Of a DNA stretch of 64,000 nucleotides, positions 40,901 to 51,915 are shown piece by piece (the first letter of the stretch is position 1; every line of letters starts with the position of its first letter). The position numbers and the translations under genes are program-made. Source of the stretch: Bilabrum cf. latius (lineage: Eukaryota). Under the pieces are notes generated by a model that worked only from the letters and a program-made list of their open reading frames with translations, made no database searches and was not told where the DNA came from. The DNA lies in NCBI GenBank assembly GCA_965178125.1, contig OZ237744.1:248001-312000 (forward strand), given 5' to 3'.

Positions 40901-43715
40901 AATCTGCGCGTACTTCTGGAACCTTCCGGTTGGCCACAGGAAGATGGAGGAGCTTCCGGTCGCACTGCACAAGCTACTAGAGATTTCTAGAGAAAAATCG
41001 CTGGCCACGGTGCCCTCAGCTCGCGGCAGCCTAGCACCAGCTGCGTCGAGTGCATCTCTAGCCGCGGCAAATGGAGCCTCTTCCTACAGTTTACCAAAAG
41101 CAGATACTGCCAGTGGATTAGAGGGCGTGCAGGACAGGGAGAAATCCAGCCGCAGGGTCAGAAAAGGGGCTCGGTCGCGATCTAGGCGTCGCGCGCACGC
41201 AGCACCGTATACTCCTAAACCTGGCCTCCTACCAAACAAAAAAGAATTCGCGAGGCTGCTACGAAGGCGACCGTCGGTGTTCCTGGCTGACGACTACGAT
41301 CCGGCAGCTGTTTTCCCAACTGATGTGGCGGCGCTGTCGGTGCACTTGCTTGTACTCCTCTGCGACATCCGCACGCTGGCTTTGACGGAGGGCGCAGGGG
41401 CAGACTGGCGAGATAAGCACGTGCATTTGCTGCTTGGTACCGGCATGCCTGTGTGGTCGATGCAGGCCGCTCTACTAGACAGCTTTGAAGCTCTCCACGG
41501 CATCCAAGGATTCCCTACCGCCCCGCAGTATCAGCTGCTGTAGATGAGCAGGTTTATCAAGAGATACAAGCCGAGGTATCTTGGACAGCAATTTCGAGCA
41601 GCGAGCAGCGGCCGCTCCCTGGCAGTTGGTGGGGGTGACAAGGCAGCCAAGAAGAAAGACCAAGGCGGTGATCCAGATGCAGAGCCCGATAATCCAGAGG
41701 CCCTTCGTGGCACCAGGCTGCCAATGTCAATCTTGCAGTCGGAAGCAGCCGCCAGTGGTGGTCAAGTGCTCATCATCCGTGACTACTAGTGGCGGTCGTT
41801 TCGGGACACCGCACCCTCCCAGCTCATTTCGATTGCAGGCTTCCTCATCGACGCGCAGGGCCTAGGTGTGGCACAGGCCGTGCTTGAGGCAGCAGTACTC
41901 ATCTCCTGCGGCGGCTTGCAATCGGTGACACAGCTGCGAAAGCTTGCCACTAGTCTTGGCAAGGGCCTTGACAAACGGCACAGGAAACCCAGCGGCATGT
42001 ACAGGCTGGTGCCGACGCCTGCTGCTCTTGTGCCTGGCGGCGGCCGCACCGGCGGATTTGCAGCGGCCAATAAGCGAATGGAGCAGCAGGCCGGCGTGCC
42101 CACTGGCGGAAGCGGGGCTGGATCAAGCAAGCCCAGCACACTCAGCAGACGGCCCAGCGTGTTCAACGTGGGAGCGGCCGCATTCGCTGTCGAAGCTGCT
42201 CCCCCTGGTACGCGCGGGATGAAGCGAATCGCAACAGCAGGTCCGCTGTGGCTACCGCGCGACAAGCACGCCAAGCTAGTGGTGGCAGCTCAGGGTGGAA
42301 TGGCCGTGCAGATTGGTGGAGATGGTGACAGCGCAATCAACCGGTTGATGGCCACACTGAAGGCTGCTCGAAGCACCGCAGTGTAGTGCGCCCGATAGGC
42401 GGCGACGACCGCGGATCTCAACGACGAGCAGCCTCTAGTTATCGCCGCCCAAACACCTCCACAGGCTGTGTCCTCCATTGCATTGCCAGAAGCTGGCGAC
42501 ACTAAAGGCCCCAGCATCGCCCAGCTCCTAATGTCGGGAGACTTTGTTGGACCAGGCGGACTGGCTGCCGTGTCCCCTCAGTAGGCCATCAAGCCAACGT
42601 CTTTCCATTGGCATATGCACCCCGATGAAGACGATGACTTCCAGCAGTACCTGAGGCTGTCCGAGGGCAGGGGTGGTCGCGAGGACTGGGATCAGGCCGG
42701 CATGAGCTCCCTGTCAGCCCAGAGCGTCGACAGCGCGGCAGGGGGGGTGCACCACGGGGCCAGCAGCAGCGGGGGATCCGGCAGCGAGAGCGAGGATGGC
42801 GGGGTGCACTCGGACTCTGAGTCGAGCGCGGATGACGCTGTTCCGGCTGGCATGAGGCGGCATGGGAGCAGCAGCAGAGGCAGCAGTGGGCTGGGATCGA
42901 GGGGGTTATCCTCGTCCTCGTCCTCGTCCTCTCGGATGCGTCGAGCCTCTGGTCGAGGGGGCGTGTCCGGGGGTGGCATCCGGCTGGGCGCAGCTGGCAG
43001 GGCTGGGGGTGCCACATCGTCGCGTGGGGGCACTGGCACTGGCACTGGGCCGAGCACTCGGGGCGTGGGCATGGCCGGCAGGATTCGCAAGGCCGTGGGC
43101 GGCGGTGGTGGTGGTGGTGTTGGTGTTGCGGCAGGGGCGGTCGGTGATGCAGAGGAGGAGAAGCGGGACGACGCTGCCAGCGGGCGGCAGGGGATCTCGG
43201 ACGTGGGAGCCGCCGCCACAGCCGCGGCCATGCTTGCGGGGTTGTACGTGGAGCGGCTGAAGGCTAGGGCGGAGTTCGTGGTGCTGGAGAGAGAGAAGGC
43301 CGCGCTGGGGACGATGGAGAAGAGGAAGAATGCCATGAATGCAGCTGCGAAGGAGAGGGCGAGCGCGGTGTGGAGCGGGGGCGGGGCGTCAGGGGCAGGA
43401 GCCGGGACAGAGGGAGCGGGAGCTGGGGCTGTGCATGCCTCCCAGAAGCACGTGATGCAAGGGGTGGGTCCTCAGCTGACGGGTCGGTTCATCTCCAAGA
43501 AGGAGAAGTCAATGTTCCCGAGGGTGCCGAAGGGGGATCCTGCCGACCTGCGGCCGTCGGTGCTGTACGCGCGTCTGCAGGCGCTGTATGCCTTCGCGCG
43601 GCAGCTGGACCGTGCGATCGGGCCTGCGCATCCAGTGTGTTTGCAGCTGCAATCGGCGTACGTGGAAGCGATGTACTTGGCGCCATTGTTCGCGGAGCTG
43701 GATTGGGATCCTTGA
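28932..43715 (+). CDS. Giant intronless protein (~4927 aa) with Ig/SKICH-like segments, DUF4062-like domain and NACHT/STAND-like P-loop NTPase
   Basis: Sixteen ORFs from 29124 to 42615 share a frame, joined by ~24 TAGs with no TAA/TGA, ending at DWDP-TGA. Motifs: LRFYLSSS...*EERD...VDLR (DUF4062-like, ~34685-34820), Walker A GAQGSGKS (~37985), Walker B LVMILDG (~38870), LWWLPTQMPPGSRLILTT (~39500). Confidence 0.82.
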
Positions 43716-44015
43716 GTCTGAGATTGGCTTTGCGTGTTGCTTGAGGGCCTTAAGCCTAATGTTGCGCGCGGTGCCGCCGGCGCGCGGCTGCTTGCGGAAC
43801 CGGTGGTCCTATCCTTGCAATGCGTCAAGAAAGGTAGGGTTGCACGCTCGGATACAAATTTTTGCCCTTGTATCTTGCATTTGGAATATACCCGGCCTGC
43901 TTGGACCGTGGGCCCGAATTCGCTTCTCCTATCGCACTGGCAGGCCTACACCCCGATCATCAGTTTTTGCTGCATTGCAATCTGCTTGGTGGCTCGTTCG
44001 TCTTGTAATCTAGCA

Positions 44016-45389
44016 ATGGCATCTGGTGCTGTGCCATATGACGTTGTTGACCTGTTGAGCGGTGATAGCAGTGATGATGCTAGTAGTAGTGGCTCCAGCA
44101 GCGATAGCGACCATGACAGCATCGTCTCGATCGAGTCTGATTCGTTGGCAGTGTCGCGAGCTAGGGAGGTTGGTGCGCGATTTGAGCAAGCGAAGCATGC
44201 CATGCAAAGTGGAGTGGAGTCAGGCAAGGATGCGAAGCAGGCAGATGGCGCCGTAGCAGCCGAATCACGCAGAACGCTGTCAAGACCGGACTCTACTCCG
44301 GCACCGGCTGTGGGCCAAAAGCGCCGCCGTGAAGTGCCAGAAGATCATGCCCCGATTGGTGCAAGGGGCAATGGTGCATAGAACGATAGCGCACGGGCCT
44401 CGAAACGATCCAGGCAAGACCAGAAGCCAGCACGAGGACGTGTGTGCAGTGTCTGTGGGAAGCTTTTCGCGAAAGTTGCCAATCTCAAGACGCACATGTC
44501 CACTGTACACCTGGGGGAGCGCAAGCATGAGTGCAGTGTGTGCAGCAAGCGGTTTGGTCAGGCAGGCCATCTCAAGACGCACATGTCCACAGTGCATATG
44601 GAGTAGAGGAATCATGAGTGCATTGTGTGCGGCAAGCGCTTTGGGCGGGCAAGCAATCTCAAGACGCACATGTCCACTGTACATATGGGGGAGCGCAAGC
44701 ATGAGTGCATTATGTGCGGCAAGCGCTTTGGGCTCGCAAGCACTCTCAAGAGGCACATGTCCACTGTACATATGGGGGAGCGCAAGCATGAGTGCAGTGA
44801 GTGCGGCAAGCGCTTTGGTCTGGCAGGCCATCTCAAGACGCACATGTCCACTGTACATATGGGGGAGCGCAAGCATGAGTGCATTGTGTGCGGCAAGCGC
44901 TTTGGGGTGGCAGGCCATCTCAAGACGCACATGTCTACTGTACATATGGGGGAGCGCAAGCATGAGTGCACTGTGTGCGGCAAGCGCTTTGGGCTGGCAG
45001 GCCATCTCAAGACGCATTTGTCCACTGTACACCTGGGGGAGCGCAATCATGAGTGCATGGTGTGCGGCAAGCGCTTTGGGGAGGCAGGCCATCTCAAGAG
45101 GCACATGTTCACTGTACACATGGGGGAGCGCAAGCATGAGTGCATGGTGTGCGGCAAGCGCTTTGGTCTGGCAGGCAATCTCAAGACGCACATGTCCATT
45201 GTACACCTGAAAGAGCGCAAGCACCAGTGCATGGTGTGCGGCAAGCGCTTTGGTCTGGCAGGCAATCTCAAGACGCACATGTCTATTGTACACATGGAAG
45301 AGCGCAAGCATGAGTGCAGTGTGTGCGGCAAGCGCTTTGGGCTCGCAAGCAGTCTCAAGAGGCACATCAATGCAGTGCATTTACGCTGA
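44016..45389 (+). CDS. C2H2 zinc-finger protein A (11 tandem fingers, 457 aa)
   Basis: N-terminus MASGAVPYDVVDLLS, NLS-like QKRRRE, then CxxCGKRFGxxxxLKTHMSTVHMGERKHE repeats. TAGs at 44379 and 44604. Ends TGA. Confidence 0.9.
44440..45380 (+). repeat. 87-bp coding minisatellite, 11 units (zinc fingers of gene A)
   Basis: Near-identical 87-nt units containing CTCAAGACGCACATGTCCACTGTACA(C/T)ATGGGGGAGCGCAAGCATGAGTGC. Confidence 0.93.
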
Positions 45390-45399
45390 CTTTCCGTAG

Positions 45400-46501
45400 G
45401 ACTTCCAGCAGTACCTGAGGCTGTCCGAGGGCAGGGGCGGTCGCGAGGACTGGGATCAGGCCGGCATGAGCTCCCTGTCAGCCCAGAGCGTCGACAGCGC
45501 GGCAGGGGGGCGTGCACCACGGGGCCAGCAGCAGCGCGGGATCCGGCAGCGAGAGCGAGGATGGCGGGGTGCACTCGGACTCTGAGTCGAGCGCGGATGA
45601 CGCTGTTCCGGCTGGCATGAGGCGGCATGGGAGCAGCAGCAGAGGCAGCAGTAGGCCTGGATCGAGGGGGGCGTCCTCGTCCTCGTCCTCGTCCTCTCGG
45701 ATGCGTCGGGCCTCTGGTCGAGGGGGCGTGTCCGGGGGTGGCATCCGGCTGGGCGCAGCTGGCAGGGCTGGGGGTGTCACATCGTCGCGTGGGGGCACTG
45801 GCACTGGCACTGGCACTGGGCCGAGCACTCGGGGCGTGGGCATGGCCGGCAGGATTCGCAAGGCCGTGGGCGGCGGTGGTGGTGGTGGTGGTGGTGGTGG
45901 TGTTGGTGGTGTTGCGGCGGGGGCGGTCGGTGATGCAGAGGAGGAGAAGCGGGACGACGCTTCCAGCGGGCGGCAGGGGATCTCGGACGTGGGAGCCGCC
46001 GCCACAGCCGCGGCCATGCTTGCGGGTGTGTACGTGGAGCGGCTGAAGGCTAGGGCGGAGTTCGTGGTGCTGGAGAGAGAGAAGGCCGCGCTGGGGACGA
46101 TGGAGAAGAGGAAGAAAGCCATGAATGCAGCTGCGAAGGAGAGGGCGAGCGCGGTGTGGAGCGGGGGCGGGGCGTCAGGGGCAGGAGCCGGGACAGAGGG
46201 AGCAGCAGCTGGGGCTGTGCATGCCTCGCAGAAGCACGTGATGCAAGGGGTGGGTCCTCAGCTGACGGGTCGGTTCATCTCCAAGAAGGAGAAGTCAATG
46301 TTCCTGAGGGTGCCCAAGGGGGATCCTGCCGACCTGCGGCCGTCGGTGCTGTACGCGCGTCTGCAGGCGCTGTATGCCTTCGCGCGGCAGCTGGACCGTG
46401 CGATCGGGCCTGCGCATCCAGTGTGTTTGCAGCTGCAATCGGCGTACGTGGAAGCGATGTACTTGGCGCCATTGTTCGCGGAGCTGGATTGGGATCCTTG
46501 A
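45400..46501 (+). pseudogene. 5'-truncated duplicate of the last ~360 codons of the giant NTPase gene
   Basis: Copy of 42636-43715 with no start of its own, a +1 indel near 45505-45512, and expanded GGT and GGCACT microsatellites. Confidence 0.7.
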
Positions 46502-46803
46502 GTCTGAGATTGGCTTTGCGTGTTGCTTGAGGGCCTTACGCCTTGGGTTGCGCGCGGTGCCGCTGGCGCGCGGCTGCATGCGGAACCGGGGGTCCTATCT
46601 TTGGCAATGCGTCAAGAAAGGTAGGGTTGCACGCTCGGATACACACTTTGGCCCTTGTATCTTGCATTTTGGAATATACCCGGCCTGCTTGGACCGTGGG
46701 CCCGAATTCGCTTCTTCTATCGCACTGGCAGGCCTACACCCCGATCATTAGTTTTTGCTGCATTGCAATCTCCTTGGTGGCTCGTTCGTCTTGGTATCTG
46801 GCA

Positions 46804-48192
46804 ATGGCATCTGGTGCTGTGCCATATGACGTTGTTGACCTGTTGAGCGGTGATAGCAGTGATGCTGCTAGTAGTAGTGGCTCCAGCAGCGATAGCGACC
46901 ATGACAGCATCGTCTCGATCGAGTCTTATTCGTTGGCAGTGTCGCGAGCTAGGGAGGTTGGTGCGCGATTTGAGCAAGCGAAGCATGCCATGCAGAGTGG
47001 AGTGGAGTCAGGCAAGGATGCGACAGAGGCAGATGGCGCCGTAGCAGCCGAATCACGCAGAACGCCGTCAAGTAGCAGGCAGGAGGGACCGGACTCTGCT
47101 CCGGCACCGGCTGTGGGCCAAAAGCGCCGCCGTGAAGTGCCAGACGATCCTGCTTCGATTGGTACATAGCGCAATGGTGCACCGGGCGATAGCGCACGGG
47201 CCTCGAAACGATCCAGGCAAGACCAGAAGCCAGCACGAGGACGTGTGTGCAGTGTCTGTGGGAGGCTTTTTGCGAGAGCTGCCAATCTCAAGAGGCACAT
47301 GTCCACTGTACACCTGGGGGAGCGCAATCACGAGTGCATTGTGTGCGGTAAACGCTTTGGGCAGGCAAGCAGTCTCAAGAAGCACATGTCCACTGTACAC
47401 ATGGGGGAGCGCAATCATGAGTGCATTGTGTGCGGCAAGCGCTTTGGGCGGGCAGACAGTCTGAGGATGCACATGTCCACTGTACATATGGGGGAGCGCA
47501 AGCATAAGTGCATGGTGTGCGGCAAGCGCTTTGGTCGAACAAGCAGTCTCAAAACGCACATGTCCACTGTACACATGGGGGAGCGCAAGCACGAGTGCGT
47601 TGTGTGCGGCAAGCGCTTTGGGCAGGCAGGCAGTCTCAAGACGCACATGTCCACTGTACACATGGGGGAGCGCAAGCATGATTGCATGGTGTGCGGCAAG
47701 CGGTTTGGGGAGGCAAGCCATCTCAAGACGCACATGTCCACTGTACACATGGGGGAGCGCAAGTACGATTGTAGCGTGTGCGGCAAGCGCTTTGGGCAGG
47801 CAGGCCATCTCAGGACGCACATGTCCACTGTACACATGGGGGAGCGCAATCATGAGTGCAGCTTATGTAGCAAACGCTTTGGGCGGGCAGACAGTCTCAA
47901 GACGCACATGTCCACTGTACATATGGGGGAGCGCAAGCATGAGTGCAGCGTGTGCGGCAAGCGTTTTGGGCGGGCAGACAGTCTGAGGACGCACATGTCC
48001 ACTGTACACCTGGGGGAGCGCAATCACGAGTGCATTGTGTGCGGCAAGCGCTTTGGGGAGGCAGGCAGTCTCAAAACGCACATGTCCACTGTACACATGG
48101 GGGAGCGCAAGCATGAGTGCGTTGTGTGCAGCAAGCGCTTTGGGCTCGCAAGCCATCTCAAGAGGCACATCACTGCAGTGCATTTAAGCTGA
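46804..48192 (+). CDS. C2H2 zinc-finger protein B (11 tandem fingers, 462 aa)
   Basis: Paralog of 44016-45389 with the same N-terminus. One TAG at 47167, ends TGA. Confidence 0.9.
47245..48183 (+). repeat. 87-bp coding minisatellite, 11 units (zinc fingers of gene B)
   Basis: Same 87-nt unit as in gene A. Confidence 0.93.
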
Positions 48193-48916
48193 AATCCATT
48201 GGACCTAGACTACAGATCAGATTTGTTCCTTCAACCACACCCATTGGCTCATCTTCACGGCTGCTGCAAACCCCACTGGTTGGCAGTTACCAAAAAGAAA
48301 AATTCCTGCCCCCGGTCCTGCGGACCCACTGGGCTTCACCCCGAACGACTGGTTCTTCACCAGCCCACCTGAATGCGGTATTCATCTGACACTACGAATG
48401 TACACGCCACTTTCCCAATGCACGCGACTGGCCTCGTCGCCACATGGCTTCCTATTCCTGTCCCCCGCCCTACGGACTGTGTGCTTTGCTCCCTGCATTG
48501 CCACCCTGGCCCTTTCCTTTCAGCTTGCATGTGCCGGTCCTTGCCGACCTACCGTGCACGCCATCTGTCCACCCGCCTGTTGGCCCTCTGTGCGCTGCTG
48601 GCCATGCATCCCGCCGCCACTCGCGTCTCTCTGGTGCCTTGCACCTGGAGGCCCCTTTCTTCCCGTTGTGTTCTCCCTGTTGACACCGCACTATCGTCGC
48701 CTGTGCCGGTGTCCCCCTCTGTTCCTCTCCACCTCCTGTCCTCCTGCGCCCGCCTCGTCTTCCGGCTCATCTCTGCTCCGTTGTTTTAATCCTGATGTCC
48801 GATCTTACCACTGGCAGTGGCCTGGTGGTGGGCTCGAAGTGCAACTGCAGCGTGATGCCATGTGCGCTGCTGCATGCAGTCTCGTTCCCCATTATTCACC
48901 GCCGCTCGCCAGCACA

Positions 48917-51598
48917 ATGACGCAGTATTTGGCGATTTTGTTTTTTCTAAGTGTAGTCTTCGGAGATCAACTATAGTGCTAGGAACAGGGCATTGACGTT
49001 CGATCCGGCTTGCAAAGCACCAACAGCTCAAGCTACTCGACAGAATCAGCGATGTCTGCACTGGATGCGGCGCTTAATCTTGGATCTAGTTCCGTACGAC
49101 TCCATCAAACGTTTTTTGTGCAAAATGTTCGAAGTCCAGCAGTCCGGCGGCAATCTTGCAATTCATTCGGGCGGCGCGTCACATCCACATGCACCGAAGC
49201 CGACAGCGATATTCAGGCGGCGATTAAGCATGCAACCGATCGCCAGGTGACAGTCACACTATCACTTAGAGTTGAGCCGGACTGGGAAGTTCCAGCAAAT
49301 TAGTGGCAGCCTGAAGGGCCTGGGCAGTGGTAGAACCGCCGTGTGGTTGGTCGCGGCTTTTCTGTGCCAGACTGGGATACGTTCTTTGCCAATCTTACTG
49401 CTCTTGCCATGGAGTCTGCGGATCTTCTGATTGCATCTGCCCCAAATCAAGGGTCGTGCCTCGAGGTTGGGGCTGGGCTAGATACGGCATACTCGAGCGG
49501 ACCCAGCGATCTGTGGTACGAGCTCATCGCCAACCTGAAGCGGACCCTCGACCCGCATAATATTGAATTGCGTGTTCCCATCAGTGACTACCTTCTGATC
49601 AGCCCCTCAACTCGCGCTGCAGGCAGCCAGCAACCACCCGCCGAGTGGCTGGACAGCCTGCCTTCGTTGACGGTGACCTCTTGGTCCCCTCTTATTCCTT
49701 GGGGTGCATCGAACGATAGCGTCGCATCCTTCCAGTCGGCATGGACTGCCATTGCAGACTCGCTTGGAGCAGTGTCCAGCAGCCTAGGAGGAAAACCGAT
49801 CGTTCTGGCGGAGTTTGGGTTCTAGAGCAGGTGGAGGTGCTGGGAGAGGCCGAACGCCACCGTCGTGCCAAACATACCCGACTGCGCCCGGCATGCAGAC
49901 TGCTATCACATGGCGTGCCAGACCAATGGGCTAGAGGGCGTCTTTCAGGCGCTGCAAGGCCGTTCCTGGCTGAAGGGAGTGTACGTGTATGGCATGACCA
50001 CCGATCCATCCTTGGGGGGCACGTACGAGTGGAGCCATACGCCACACGGTAAGCCTGCCGAGGCTACCATCCGACGGTGGTACGGCAATTACACCGAGTT
50101 CGAATACGGTCCGTTCCATGCGATGCACCGATCGGGATTCCGGGCCGTCGGCGACTCTGCTTCCAATACGCAGCACAATCGTTCCATGCCGGACCATGCA
50201 GACGTCCGCCTTGCCCTAGAGCTGGGAGCCATTGACGAGGATGACCCGCCTTTGGAGCTATAGGATGCAAAAGAGCTGCATGTTGCGAGCCAGACAGGTG
50301 CCCTGCATGTCGCAGCGGCGGTCGCACTGTCGACGAGGGGAGCCATTGTGTCATCACAGGGATCTGAAGAGGATGCAGCGCAAGGGTCATCACAGGCAAC
50401 TGAAGAGGATGCAGCGCAAGGGTCACCACAGGCAACTGAAGAGGATGCAGCGCAAGGGTTGCCGTGGCTCAAGCCGTACGACGGGGCAATCTTTGGGACG
50501 GGGCAATACGGCAATCCTCTTCAGCAGGTGAACGGCCCCTTGACCAAAGTCGCGATTGCGAACGCCAAAGCGACCGGCATGCGGTCCATCGAGATTATGG
50601 TGGCGTGGTTTGAGACGACGGAGAACGATACGGAGCAGTACCCGATCACGGATCCATCCAATCCCATGATGACCGTACCGGACCCTGACTTGGAGGAGCT
50701 GCTGCAGTATGCCAAGAGCCAGGGCTTCAACGTGATTCTGACCCCATTCCTCGACTTCAACTTTTTCGATACGAGAGCGTGCCATCGGGTCTCGCCCTAC
50801 GTCAAGTGCCCCTGGAGAGGCGACATCGGCATTCACTTCGGTGACAATTGCTCTGCCGGCTCCCAGTGGGATAAATGGTGGTCCAGCTACGGACCGCTGG
50901 TGCTCCATTACGCCGCGCTCGCAGAGACGAGCGGGGTGGATCTGTTCTTGGTGGAACATGAGCTCTGGTCTGCAGCCTTCAAGTGCACGGACAGATGGAG
51001 GGACCTAGTGCGCGGCGTGCGGAAGGTGTTCAGCCGCAAGGTGGGAGCAGCTTTCAACTACTTTATCTTGGACGATGGCGCGGAGCAGCAGACACAGTGG
51101 GTGAAAGACCTGGATGTCGTGGGTGTGGACATTTACGCATAGTACCAGGCAACGTGGCACAAGGCGGTGAACGGGACGTACGGGCCTTTGCCGTGGCAGC
51201 AGTCTCCGATGAAGGTGCTGGAGGATGCAGCCCGAACTCTTGTCAGAGAGCCCATCGACCGGCTTGCTAACTGGACGGGCATAGACGTCATGGCGACTGA
51301 GAACGGTTTCGGGTCGCGCCCTTTCGGCTACGGAGCGGCTCCGAATGACTATATGGGCCTCCCGTTCGCCGACAACTGCGACGTGCACGCGCGGTGCTAC
51401 TCCATGGAGGCGCAGGCCATGGGCTATCAGGCCATCCGCACCGCGATGGAGGGCGCTAGCTACTGGCAGGGGATCAACCTGTGGACCATGCACAATGATC
51501 CGACGATTGGTGGGCCCTCTGATTCCACAAAGTGCCCGATCGGGAAGCCATTGTCTTTGCAGGCTGCATTCGGCAAGCCATCGGACAAACAGTGGTGA
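48917..51598 (+). CDS. Secreted protein with two GH113-like (clan GH-A TIM barrel) domains, 893 aa
   Basis: Signal peptide MTQYLAILFFLSVVFG. ORFs 49010, 49343, 49865, 50348 and 51167 are in one frame joined by ~7 TAGs. Motifs WRGDIG, WWSSY, VDLFLVEHEL, LDVVGVDIY, TENGFGS; first domain has KPIVLAEFGF*S. Ends TGA. Confidence 0.72.
50365..50459 (+). repeat. 36-bp tandem repeat x~2.6 in the interdomain linker (EEDAAQGSSQAT)
   Basis: TGAAGAGGATGCAGCGCAAGGGT starts at 50365, 50401 and 50437. Confidence 0.92.
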
Positions 51599-51915
51599 GG
51601 AATGTGGCCTGTCTTGTGAAGACGTGGTGTTTTTATACAACTTGGTATTCCTGTGCTGGCCAAAACTTTCACTGACGCCTGTACAAGCACTTGGCATTTC
51701 AACCTTGCCGGAATGAGCTCAAAGATCCATCTGTGGATACGCCGAACTGAAACTGCAGCGCATTGCACTGAAGGCTTGCCAAACGACTTGATACAAGGCG
51801 TCCATTCGTACAGCACGGGCACCAAGAACTCCTGCATAATCCCTCCACAACAACTCGTTTTGGGCCCTAAGGCCACAGCTGGTCCGATCGTTGCGATCCT
51901 ATCGTTTCGATCCAA

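Larger units (their letters stand above)
42636..48204 (+). repeat. Direct tandem segmental duplication, ~2.76-2.8 kb unit (copy A 42636-45399, copy B 45400-~48204)
   Basis: GACTTCCAGCAGTACCTGAGGCTGTCC starts at both 42636 and 45400. Near-identity continues through the giant-gene tail, the spacer and the zinc-finger gene. Confidence 0.95.

Noticed and set aside
44440-48183. Regular 87-bp repeats as a CRISPR array
   Set aside because: There are no unique spacers, the units encode in-frame C2H2 fingers, and no cas genes are present.
48373-48900. ORFs in the C/T-skewed stretch upstream of the GH113-like gene
   Set aside because: Low-complexity pyrimidine-rich spacer with no motif. The real start appears to be the signal-peptide ATG at 48917.
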